A DNA stretch of 32,000 bases from Halomicronema hongdechloris C2206 (GCF_002075285.3 NZ_CP021983.2:660001-692000); one strand, 5' to 3'; shown: positions 8,949 to 17,954, counted from the stretch's first letter. The notes: generated by a model from the letters alone, not told the origin. A program made the numbers and translations.

Positions 8949-9056
8949 TGTGTAATCGCTGCTTCGTTCCCATGGCGCGGTCAACTCAGATGAATGCCGC
9001 CGCTTCGCCATCTTAGCCCACGGGCCGGGGGGGAGGAATCCTCGGGGGAGGCATTT

Positions 9057-9926
9057 ATGGAGCCCATGACCCTACAACAGCGGGTTAGATTCTATTTAGA
9101 AGACCTGGAGACGCCTTGGGGAAGAGCGGTCAATGGTGCGATCGCAACCCTGATTATCCTCTCCAGCGCCATCTTTGTCATCGAGACCTACACCATCCCA
9201 GCCTCCCTAGAGATAGTCTTGGATTGGATGGACTGGCTGATTCTGGCGGCATTCACCCTAGAATATGGGCTGCGGGCCTGGTCAGCAGAGCAGCCCAGAC
9301 GATACCTCTTCAGCCTATACGGTCTCGTGGATCTGATTGCAATCCTACCGTTACTGTTGGGCTTCCTCGACCTGCGCTTCATCCGCCTGCTACGGTGGTT
9401 ACGGCTGCTGCGGCTGTGGCGCTTCTTAGCCAATCAGCAGCTAGGGGGCCGCCTCAAAACCCAAGACACCTTGATTGTCACCCGCATTCTCTTCACCCTC
9501 TTCACCATCATCTTCATCTACTCTGGGTTGATTTTTCAGGTCGAACACCCCGCCAATCCAGACAACTTCCGCAACTTTCTAGATGCCGCCTACTTCGCCG
9601 TCGTCACCATGACCACCGTTGGCTTTGGCGATGTGACCCCAGTCTCTGAAGCGGGGCGGGCCCTCACCATCATGATGATTCTCACCGGCATCGCCTTGAT
9701 TCCCACCCAAGTCGGTCGGCTAATTGGTCAAGTGGCCAAGGCTAAAGACCCCGATCAAGTCTCCTGTCCCAGTTGCGGCCTCTATGGCCACGACAGCGAC
9801 GCCCGGTTTTGTAAACGATGCGGTAACCCACTATTTAAGCCGGGGCCCAATCCCTCGCCAGACCCCATGGCCACAGAGGCAATCTCACCGGCCTCACTCG
9901 AACCGGGTCAGCCAGGTGTAAAATGA
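9057..9926 (+). CDS. Voltage-sensor-type (Kv-like, Ion_trans family) potassium channel with C-terminal zinc-ribbon tail
   Basis: Internal ATG 9057 is preceded by GGGGGAGG. It has an S4-like arginine ladder ([17 protein letters not shown]) and a canonical K+ filter ([12 protein letters not shown]). The C terminus has CPSCG...(13 aa)...CKRCG. Confidence 0.85.
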   Translation: MEPMTLQQRVRFYLEDLETPWGRAVNGAIATLIILSSAIFVIETYTIPASLEIVLDWMDWLILAAFTLEYGLRAWSAEQPRRYLFSLYGLVDLIAILPLLLGFLDLRFIRLLRWLRLLRLWRFLANQQLGGRLKTQDTLIVTRILFTLFTIIFIYSGLIFQVEHPANPDNFRNFLDAAYFAVVTMTTVGFGDVTPVSEAGRALTIMMILTGIALIPTQVGRLIGQVAKAKDPDQVSCPSCGLYGHDSDARFCKRCGNPLFKPGPNPSPDPMATEAISPASLEPGQPGVK

Positions 9927-10561
9927 ATCGCCTACCGATAGGGAATCAGGGGATCTTGCAGGTGTTTGCTCCATTTGAGCTGTTTTGGGCGCTGATCGGC
10001 CTCATCCTCACCATCGCCGCCACCTGGATGGAGGTCTTTATCACCAATGCCCCCTGGAGCTGGGGCGGCGCCGGGCTGCGGGTCTACTCCTTGGGGGTGA
10101 GTTTTCAGGTAGGGGCCGTGCTGTTGACCGGCTGCCTAGGCGGCAAAACCGCCGCCGCCCTGTCCCAAATCGCCTACCTCACCCTGGGACTCTTGCTCTT
10201 TCAGGTATTTGAATTGCAGGTCTTTACCCAGGGGGGCGGCTTAGCCTATGTGCGAGAACCGAGTTTTGGCTATCTCGTCGGCTTTGTCCCCGCCGCCTGG
10301 ATTTGTGGGTACCTGGCCTTCCGCGATGCCCCTAAACTAGAAACATTAGCCTTGAGTAGTGTGTCTGGTCTCACGGCAATCCATGGCTGCGGGGTGCTCT
10401 ACCTCTGTATTGCCTACGGATTTGGCTGGATAGGGAATCCCTCCCTATCTTTCCTGCAAGCTGTCGCCACCTATTCCCTATGGCCACTGCCAGGACAATT
10501 GGTCGTCGCCTGTGCCGTGGCGGTGATCGCCTTCATCGCCCGGCGCTTACTGTTCTATTAG
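9923..10561 (+). CDS. bioY: Biotin transporter BioY
   Basis: 212-aa polytopic ORF. It has SFQVGAVLLTGCLGG...A.SQIAYL.LGL and GGGLAYV.EPSFGYLVGF..AAW blocks characteristic of BioY. The ATG overlaps the upstream stop (ATGA at 9923-9926). Confidence 0.85.
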   Translation: MNRLPIGNQGILQVFAPFELFWALIGLILTIAATWMEVFITNAPWSWGGAGLRVYSLGVSFQVGAVLLTGCLGGKTAAALSQIAYLTLGLLLFQVFELQVFTQGGGLAYVREPSFGYLVGFVPAAWICGYLAFRDAPKLETLALSSVSGLTAIHGCGVLYLCIAYGFGWIGNPSLSFLQAVATYSLWPLPGQLVVACAVAVIAFIARRLLFY

Positions 10562-10566
10562 TCGTT

Positions 10567-11064
10567 ATGAGAGTGCGAAACCGACTGTTTTGGGTGGCAG
10601 CAGCCATTGGCCTAGCCCTCGATCAGCTGACGAAGTATTGGGTCGTTCGCAGTTTTCAGTTAACCGATCCGCCAGACAGCCTGCCCCTTTGGCCTGGGGT
10701 GTTTCATTTCACCTATGTCACCAACACCGGTGCCGCCTTTAGTTTATTCGCCGACAATGGCGATTGGCTGCGCTGGCTATCGCTGTTAGTCAGTCTCGGC
10801 TTAATTGTCTTAGGCTGGCGGGTGACGCTGGCCAACCGCTGGGAACAAGCAGGGTATGGATTGATTCTCAGTGGCGCGCTGGGCAATGGCATTGACCGCA
10901 TGGTGGCCGGTGAGGTGGTCGATTTCTTAGATTTCCGCCTGATTGGGTTTCCCATCTTCAATGTGGCGGATGTCTGCATTAACCTAGGTATCGCCTGTTT
11001 ACTGATTGCCGCCTTAAAACACCCCAACGGCAATGGCACTGCCAAGCAAAGACCCCGCCGTTAA
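10567..11064 (+). CDS. lspA: Lipoprotein signal peptidase II (LspA)
   Basis: Internal ATG 10567, 5 nt after the bioY stop. LspA motifs are present: LDQLTK, TNTGAAFS, GNGIDR, VVDFLDF, FNVADV. Confidence 0.9.
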   Translation: MRVRNRLFWVAAAIGLALDQLTKYWVVRSFQLTDPPDSLPLWPGVFHFTYVTNTGAAFSLFADNGDWLRWLSLLVSLGLIVLGWRVTLANRWEQAGYGLILSGALGNGIDRMVAGEVVDFLDFRLIGFPIFNVADVCINLGIACLLIAALKHPNGNGTAKQRPRR

Positions 11065-11120
11065 CTGTTCCCTTCCTGAAACACCCTCTAGAATAGGGGC
11101 AGCATGGGACGCTTGCTACT

Positions 11121-13387
11121 ATGACCCGGTCATCGCCGCCCAATCCACCCCCCCCTCGAACTCTCCTGGGAAAGGTTACCCAAGCGTTTCAACGGGTACA
11201 AGCCCAGGTTGACTTTTCGAAGCTGGCCCTGAAACCAGGGGCGCGGGTGGCCGAACTCCACGTCGACTACAAAGGGCAGACATCCGTGTATCCCCTGTTG
11301 GGAGAGCGCTACATCCTGGGGCGCAGCTCATCAGAGTGCGACATCGCTATCCGCAGCCCCATCGTCAGCCAAGTGCACGCCTCCTTGACTCGCGATCGCA
11401 CCCGTCCCGGCCACCCCTTCATCCTCAAAGACAAAAAATCGACCAACGGCATCTATCGCGGCAAGAAGCGCATCACCCAAACCCGATTGCATCACCAGGA
11501 TGTGGTCACCTTGGGGCCTGCCGCCCTCACTGATGCCGTCACCGTGCGTTTCGTGGATCCCCCCCCCTGGTATGTGCAGTCCACCCGCTACGCCGTCTAT
11601 GGGTTCACCGGCCTCTCTCTGGCCCTAGGGGCCTGGATCGTCGCCATCGAATGGCCCAAGGTGCCCATGCGACCCTTGCCAGAATCGGTGCAAGGCCCAG
11701 TGATTATCTATGCCCAAGAAGGCGATCGCCAGGTGCCCCTGCGCCCGCAACGCAATCGGGCCCACGTCGAACAAAGTCGCCTGGCAGATTTCTCCCCCTA
11801 TTTAGCCAAGGCCCTGGTAGCCTCTGAAGACAGCCGCTATTACTGGCACCTCGGCGTCGATCCCATCGGCACCTTGAGGGCGTTGCTCGTCAATCTGCGG
11901 GGTCGCGAGATTCGCCAAGGGGGCAGCACCCTGAGCCAACAGCTGGCCCGCAGCATCTACCGAGAGTATGTCGGCACCGAGGACTCGGCTGGGCGCAAAA
12001 TTCGAGAAGCCATCGTCGCCCTAAAACTGGAAACCTTTTACAGCAAAAATGATCTGCTGCTGACTTACCTCAACCGAGTGTATTTAGGCAGCAATCTATA
12101 CGGCTTTGAGGATGCCGCTCAGTTTTACTTCGCCAAGTCAGCCCGAGATCTAACCCTGGCCGAAGCCGCCACCCTAGTGGGGATTCTGCCGGCCCCCAAT
12201 GCCTTCAACCCGGTGCAAGACTATCAAGCCGCCATTGCCTACCGCGATCGGGTCTTAAACCGCATGGTTTCCCTGGGCATGGTCAGCCAAGAGGAGGCGC
12301 GGCGAGCCCGGCGCTCTCGCTTAGAAATCAGCCCCGATGCCCGGGAAGAGTTGCAGGGTACCCGCGCTCCCTATTTCTATAGCTATATCTTTCAAGAGCT
12401 AGAGCAAGTCTTGGGGGTACAACTGGCCCGAGAGGGTAATTTTATCGTCGAAACCAACCTGAATCTAGATCTGCAGGCCCAGGCTGAAGCCGCCCTGCGG
12501 GAGTCAGTCAACTCCACTGGCGCTCACTGGGCTATTCCCAAGGGGCAATCATTACCGTCGATACCAGTAGTGGGGCCGTATTAGCCATGGTGGGGGGCAC
12601 CGACTACGGCCAGAGTCAATTCAACCGCGCCAGCCAAGCGCTGCGGCAACCCGGGTCCACCTTCAAGGTGTTTGCCTATGCAGCCGCCCTAGAACAGGGC
12701 ATTTCGCCCGGCACCACCTACAGTTGCAGCTCGCTAAACTGGGGCGGTCGGCAGTTTCGTGGGTGTCGCTCCGGGGGGGGCGCCTTAGATATGTACACCG
12801 GGTTGGCTCGCTCTGAAAATGTGGTGGCCCTGCGAATTGCCCAGGCTGTGGGCCTGGAGGCGGTGGTGCAAGTGGCCCGTCGCCTGGGAATTGAGGCGGA
12901 TTTAAACCCAGTGCCGGGGCTGGTGCTGGGCCAGAGTGAAGTGACGCCCTTGCAGCTGACGGGAGCGTTTGCGACGATTGCCAACGATGGCGTCTGGAAT
13001 CGCCCCCATGGCATCGTCCGGGTCCTGGATAGCAGTGACTGCACCGATCCCCAAGCTATTGAGAGCTGTCGGCTCATCTACGAGTTTGGCCAGGCAGGCG
13101 ATGCCGACCGGGAAGCCCTCTCGGCTACTGTGGCCGACCAGCTGACTCAGCTCATGCGAGGAGTGGTGCAAGGGGGCACGGGGCAGGCGGCGGCCCTAGG
13201 CTTCGGGGAAGCGGGCAAGACAGGCACCACCGATGATAATCGAGACCTGTGGTTTATTGGCTTCGTGCCTCGCTATCAAGTGACGACAACCGTTTGGCTG
13301 GGCAACGATGACAACAGCCCCACCCGGGCCAGCAGCGGCCAAGCGGCGGCTCTGTGGGGCGATTACATGGGACAGGCCCTGCGCTAA
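11121..13387 (+). pseudogene. FHA-domain-containing class A penicillin-binding protein (PBP1A-type glycosyltransferase/transpeptidase), split by a frameshift near 12515-12540
   Basis: ORF 11121..12584 encodes an FHA domain (YILGRSS.CDI.I....VSQVHASL...L.D..STNGIY..G..I....L...DVVTLG), a TM helix and GT51 motifs (EDSRYYWHLGVDP, RQGGSTLSQQLAR). A second frame, open from 12488 (track ORF 12587..13387), encodes QGAIITVDTSSGAVLAMVGGTDY followed by SxxK (STFK), SxN (SEN) and KTG (KTGTT). The two frames together make one typical bifunctional PBP. Confidence 0.8.
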
Positions 13388-13458
13388 TGGACGGCGAGTC
13401 AGTGCCGAACATGCTCCCCCCTTGCTCCCCTGCCCCACACACCCTCTTCTGAAGAACT

Positions 13459-13476
13459 GTTACACTTCCTCACAAA
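13459..13476 (+). promoter_or_regulatory. Degenerate HLR1-like (RpaB-box) direct repeat in the psaD promoter region
   Basis: The site reads GTTACACT-TC-CTCACAAA, against the consensus (G/T)TTACA(T/A)(T/A)-N2-(G/T)TTACA(T/A)(T/A). The first half-site core is perfect and the second has 2 core mismatches. An ATAAAT -10-like hexamer lies at 13481-13486, and the psaD ATG is at 13540. Confidence 0.3.
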
Positions 13477-13539
13477 TTCGATAAATCAGCCAGATCGCGG
13501 TGATAGGATTCCCAACAAAAGGTTGAGAGATAAGCATCC

Positions 13540-13968
13540 ATGGCAGAAACTCTGACTGGCAAAACTCCCGTGTTTGGTGGCAGTACTGGTGGTCTCCTGA
13601 CTAGAGCTGCCGTTGAAGAAAAATATGCGATTACCTGGACTAGCACGAAGCAGCAGGTATTTGAAATGCCGACCGGTGGAGCCGCCATCATGCATGAAGG
13701 CGAGAATTTGCTCTATCTGGCCCGCAAAGAGCAATGCCTGGCGTTGGGGACCCAACTGCGCTCCAAATTTAAGCCCAAGATTGAAGACTACAAAATCTAT
13801 CGCATCTATCCCAACGGTGAGACCCAATATGTCCATCCCGCCGATGGGGTCTTCCCTGAGAAGGTGAACGAAGGCCGCGAATACAACGGTAAGATTGACC
13901 GGAACATTGGCGCTAATCCTGATCCAGCCACGGTTAAGTTCAGCGGTAAGGCTCCCTACGAAGTGTAG
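13540..13968 (+). CDS. psaD: Photosystem I reaction centre subunit II (PsaD)
   Basis: 141-aa product with near-invariant PsaD blocks: [92 protein letters not shown]. Confidence 0.97.
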   Translation: MAETLTGKTPVFGGSTGGLLTRAAVEEKYAITWTSTKQQVFEMPTGGAAIMHEGENLLYLARKEQCLALGTQLRSKFKPKIEDYKIYRIYPNGETQYVHPADGVFPEKVNEGREYNGKIDRNIGANPDPATVKFSGKAPYEV

Positions 13969-14019
13969 TTGGGGCAGCTGGCTGACCTTCTAGGACTAGG
14001 ACTCAGGGCAAATAATGAA

Positions 14020-14047
14020 AGGGGCATGGCTTAGCTGTGCCTCTTTT
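14020..14047 (+). terminator. Candidate intrinsic terminator downstream of psaD
   Basis: The stem is AGGGGCA (14020-14026) paired with TGCCTCT (14038-14044). It has 7 bp including one G-U pair and an 11-nt loop, followed by TTT. Confidence 0.4.
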
Positions 14048-14132
14048 GCTGTGCCATGTATCTAGGGGCGAGGGTGGTGTCTGAGCCGGGGAACCCCTGC
14101 GATCGCAACTGTTCTCCCATACAATGAAAGGC

Positions 14133-15668
14133 ATGATTTTTCCAGGCTTTGACCAATTTGCCAGCTTAGCCGAGCGGGGGAATTTCGTCCCCGTCTACCA
14201 AGAGTGGGTAGCCGATTTAGACACACCAGTATCGGCCTGGTATAAGGTCTGTGCCGGCCAACCCTATAGCTTTCTGCTGGAATCGATCGAAGGGGGCGAA
14301 ACCTTGGGCCGTTATAGCCTGCTAGGGTGCGACCCCCTCTGGATTTTAGAGGCCCGCGGCCATCGCACCACCCAAACCCATCGCGACGGCTCAGTGCAGG
14401 TATACACAGGCAACCCCTTCGATGTGCTGGCCGATTGTTTGGCTCCCTATCACCCTGTCCAGCTGCCGGAACTGCCGCCTGGCATTGGCGGCCTCTTTGG
14501 ATTCTGGGGCTATGAGCTGATCCGCTGGATCGAGCCGACGGTCCCCATTTACGAGGGCGACGATGACGACCTGCCCGATGGGGTCTGGATGCAGGTGGAT
14601 AATCTCCTGATTTTCGACCAAGTGAAGCGGAAAATCTGGGCCATCGCCTATGCCGATCTGCGACACGCAGATGATCTAGAGACGGCCTATGGCCAAGTCT
14701 GCGATCGCGTCACCCAGCTCGTGAAAAAGCTGACGCTGCCCTTGGCAGAACGCAATACACTGTTGGCCTGGTCTCCCCCCGGCAAGCCCCCCCATGCAGC
14801 TCCCTTGCAGTACACCAGCAATCGCAGCCAAGACGAATTTTGTGCCAGTGTCGAGCGGGCCAAGCAACACATTCGGGCCGGCGATATCTTTCAGGTGGTG
14901 CTATCCCAGCGACTCTCCACCGACTATGCCGGCGAGCCCTTCGATCTCTACCGCTCGCTGCGGCTGATTAATCCCTCCCCTTACATGGCCTACTTCCACT
15001 TCGCCGACTGGCAAATCATTGGCTCCAGCCCTGAGGTAATGGTGCGTGCCACTCACAGTGAGACAGAGGATGGCACCATGGTGGCTACTCTGCGGCCGAT
15101 TGCAGGAACGCGACCGCGGGGGAAAACCCCAGAAGAAGACCAGGCCTTCGAGCAAGACCTCTTAGCAGATCCCAAGGAAGTTGCCGAGCATGTCATGTTG
15201 GTGGACCTAGGCCGTAATGATCTGGGCCGCGTATGCCGCAGTGGCAGCGTCCACGTCGATGAATTGATGGTGATCGAGCGCTACTCCCATGTCATGCACA
15301 TTGTCAGCAACGTGGTCGGGCAGCTGAAATCAACCCGGGGAGCCTGGGACCTGCTCAAAGCCTGCTTCCCGGCAGGCACCGTCAGTGGTGCCCCCAAAAT
15401 TCGGGCCATGCAGATTATCCACGACTTAGAGCCCTGCCGCCGGGGTCCTTACTCTGGGGTCTACGGCTACTACGACTTTGAGGGCCAACTCAATACCGCC
15501 ATCGCCATCCGCACCATGGTGGTGCAGCAGCGGGCACCGGGTCAGCACCAGGTCAGCGTCCAGGCAGGGGCTGGCTTGGTAGCCGACTCGGTGCCCGTCG
15601 CCGAGTATCAGGAAACCCTCAACAAGGCTCGGGGCATGTTAGAAGCTATTCGGTGTCTACGGGACTAG
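14133..15668 (+). CDS. trpE: Anthranilate synthase component I (TrpE)
   Basis: MIFPGFDQF..LA..GNFVPVYQEW.ADLDTPVSAW, LLESIEGGE..GRYS, and the C-terminal chorismate-binding blocks (GTVSGAPK.RAM.II..LE...RG.Y.G..GY, AIAIRT). The start is either ATG 14133 (GAAAGG just upstream) or ATG 14124, three codons earlier. Confidence 0.93.
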   Translation: MIFPGFDQFASLAERGNFVPVYQEWVADLDTPVSAWYKVCAGQPYSFLLESIEGGETLGRYSLLGCDPLWILEARGHRTTQTHRDGSVQVYTGNPFDVLADCLAPYHPVQLPELPPGIGGLFGFWGYELIRWIEPTVPIYEGDDDDLPDGVWMQVDNLLIFDQVKRKIWAIAYADLRHADDLETAYGQVCDRVTQLVKKLTLPLAERNTLLAWSPPGKPPHAAPLQYTSNRSQDEFCASVERAKQHIRAGDIFQVVLSQRLSTDYAGEPFDLYRSLRLINPSPYMAYFHFADWQIIGSSPEVMVRATHSETEDGTMVATLRPIAGTRPRGKTPEEDQAFEQDLLADPKEVAEHVMLVDLGRNDLGRVCRSGSVHVDELMVIERYSHVMHIVSNVVGQLKSTRGAWDLLKACFPAGTVSGAPKIRAMQIIHDLEPCRRGPYSGVYGYYDFEGQLNTAIAIRTMVVQQRAPGQHQVSVQAGAGLVADSVPVAEYQETLNKARGMLEAIRCLRD

Positions 15669-16973
15669 GGAGCCTGAAAACCGACCAGCAAAGAGTCGGA
15701 GCCATCTGGCTGATCGCCCAGTGGCATCAAGACCGTGGCTTCATAGGGAATGACACCGGTACTTTCACTACCGAGGCACTGGGCCGCTGCCTTAGACAGA
15801 TCTAGGGAGCGATCGCCTATATAGGGTCCCCGATCATTGATGCGGATGACCACTGTGCGGTCGTTCAGCAAGTTTCGCACTTTCAATTGGGTGCCAAAGG
15901 GCAAGGAGGGATGGGCCGCTGTGAGGGCATGTTGGTTGAAAATTTCTCCTGTTGCCGTTTGTCTGCCATGGAAGGCAGGGCCATACCAAGAGGCTGTGCC
16001 TTGAAAGGTCTGGTGGGTTTCGGTTAACCCTTCGACTCCCATCTGAAATGTCAGCCACATCCAGGGCTTCCCCCCCAAGGACGACCCGCAGGTTGTTGAC
16101 CCAGCGAATAGCAATATTAGCATAGGACTCATTGCTCTCCATGGCCATGGAGGCATCGGCCACGAACAGAATGTCGTGGTTGACGCGTCCGGCAGCATAG
16201 GCATGGCCGATCAGCGGTTTGATGTCGTCGGGGTGCCAGTCAGAGGCCTGTAATAGTTGTCGTATTTTTTCGGCAATGTGCTCGGCAGTGCGCCGTTGCC
16301 TGACCTCACCAACCACATGACCATCGACCCGTATCTGGAATTGTTGTCCCTGGTCCAAGATGGCCGAGGCCGCCACCGGCGAGGTCTTGGCAGGCAAGGG
16401 GAGGCAGTTCATGGGCGGCAACTCGTCGACTTCGGGGTGAGAATAGACGCCCATCTGACTCGTGACCTGCACTTTAGCAACTGATTTCCAGGTCTCCCAC
16501 TCAACCAGATCAGGCGATAGTGAAGGTAGTTGGCTCACGATCTCAGCCAGGGAATCACTCGTCGTGGCGGAGGTCTTCTGGAACGGCGTAGTCTGGTCGT
16601 CGCCGGCTTCATCGAGGCTCTTGCCAGAGAGCCAAGCGGTTGGCATCCAGCCCATTGCACTGACCACTGCCGTGGGATAGCGGGGGGGTAACTGCATCAG
16701 GACGTCCGTCGGCAGGCTAGCTGATAAGGCTCGATCAGGCGCCACCGTAGTGGCGGCCAATAGACTGGACTGTGAGGCGTATAGGAGCTGTAGCTGACGC
16801 TGGGGGTCAGGGAAAATGGCCGAGGGGGCTTCCCGAGCGGCCACACCTCGTCGCACAATAGGTAATTTAGGGTCGGCCTCTGGATTATCATTGAACAGGG
16901 AAGACACTGCAACCGTTGGCATGTCTCCACCGAGTAGAGAGGCAACCCAGACAAGTCCTAAGAAATCCATCAT
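15665..16973 (-). pseudogene. rlpA: Septal ring lytic transglycosylase RlpA-family protein (DPBB domain), split by a 1-nt frameshift near 16040-16080
   Basis: Upstream ORF 15834..16991 ends in ...AIRWVNNLRVVLGGEALDVADI... Downstream ORF 15665..16204 contains QMGVEGLTETHQTFQGTASWYGPAFHGRQTATGEIFNQHALTAAHPSLPFGTQLKVRNLLNDRTVVIRINDRGPY (RlpA double-psi beta-barrel). Both frames are open across a C7 run (16070-16076). Start taken at ATG 16973 (MMDFLGLVWVASLLGG). The track start at 16991 is TTG. Confidence 0.8.
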
Positions 16974-17072
16974 TATGGGGAAGTTCACCAAAGATGCTTG
17001 TCTGAAAGGCAGACTTTTGTATTCTCCGCTGCAGACACAGAGAGTAATCTAGTATAGCTACTCGGGTTAAGT

Positions 17073-17954
17073 TTGGGATCGGTGTCAGGGAACTTTGACA
17101 GAGATAGGTCGTCTAGCCAGGGGCTGACGGCCTCGCTATTGGCTCATCTAGAGCAGGTGATACGCGATCGCAACCCATTTCTCGCCTCGGCGGGCCATTT
17201 CTACGGTCAGCAATACATTCGAGAGACCTTGGGAGCATTGGCTCCGCTGCGGATGCATCCGTTTGAGGCCTATGGCCGCCAATTTTGTAATTGGAGCATT
17301 GACTTGCCGGGGCAGTACCCCGAGCGAGGTTTACTGATAGTCGGAGCCCATTTCGATACGGTACCGGGGTCCCCTGGAGCCGACGATAATGGGACGGGGG
17401 TGGCGGTGCTGCTAGAATTGGCCCGTTACTTTGCCCGTTATCCGCCGCAATCACCACTACGATTGGTGGCCTTCGATCTAGAGGAAATGGGCCTGCAGGG
17501 AAGCCATGCCTATGCGGCCCAGTTGAAGCAGCAGGGCACTCCGTTGCGGCTGATGATCTCCCTGGAGATGCTGGGCTATTGCGATCGCACCTCCGGCTCC
17601 CAGCGCTATCCCCCCGGGCTGCAATACTTCTATCCCAACCGCGGCGACTTTATCGGCCTAATTGGCAACCTCAGTACCCTGCCGACCTTAATGCACCTGC
17701 ACCGTCACCTGCAACGGGCCGGAGTCCCCTGTGAATGGCTGCCGGTCTGGGGCCGCGGCCAAGGCATCCCCGATACTCGCCGCAGCGACCACGCTGCCTT
17801 CTGGGACCAAGGCTACAGTGCAATCCTGGTCACCGATACGGCCAATCTGCGCAATCCCCATTACCACCAACCCAGCGATCGCCTAGACACCCTCGATCTG
17901 GAATTTCTCACCCGGGTCTGTCGCGGTTTGATGGCAGGCTTAGCAGAGCTGTAG
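17073..17954 (+). CDS. M28-family zinc metallopeptidase (aminopeptidase-like)
   Basis: M28 metal-ligand blocks are present: VGAHFDTVPGSPGADDNGTG, FDLEEMGLQGS, and a late HHQPSD. The start is uncertain (TTG 17073 or GTG 17082; there is no nearby ATG). Confidence 0.8.
   Translation: MGSVSGNFDRDRSSSQGLTASLLAHLEQVIRDRNPFLASAGHFYGQQYIRETLGALAPLRMHPFEAYGRQFCNWSIDLPGQYPERGLLIVGAHFDTVPGSPGADDNGTGVAVLLELARYFARYPPQSPLRLVAFDLEEMGLQGSHAYAAQLKQQGTPLRLMISLEMLGYCDRTSGSQRYPPGLQYFYPNRGDFIGLIGNLSTLPTLMHLHRHLQRAGVPCEWLPVWGRGQGIPDTRRSDHAAFWDQGYSAILVTDTANLRNPHYHQPSDRLDTLDLEFLTRVCRGLMAGLAEL

Noticed and set aside
8949-9056. Cobalamin riboswitch upstream of cbiX
   Set aside because: The divergent spacer is only about 108 bp and has no B12-box-like sequence on the minus strand.
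8994-9056. Longer starts for the Kv-like channel (8994) and for cbiX (9011), which would make the two divergent genes overlap
   Set aside because: The extensions are non-conserved-looking and R/S/G-rich. ATG 9057 has a strong GGAGG site, and the CbiX domain begins well downstream of 8948.
9116-9649. 177-aa alternative-frame ORF inside the Kv-like channel gene, and similar shadow ORFs (e.g. 60..437, 2767..3057, 12718..13077, 18362..18883, 30942..31427)
   Set aside because: All of them overlap genes with clear family signatures. Their P/R/S/G/H-rich translations are typical of out-of-frame reading in GC-rich coding DNA.
10480-10566. N-terminal extension of lspA (track ORF starts at 10480)
   Set aside because: The extension overlaps the 3' end of bioY in another frame and is Arg-rich. 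The canonical LspA N terminus begins at ATG 10567.
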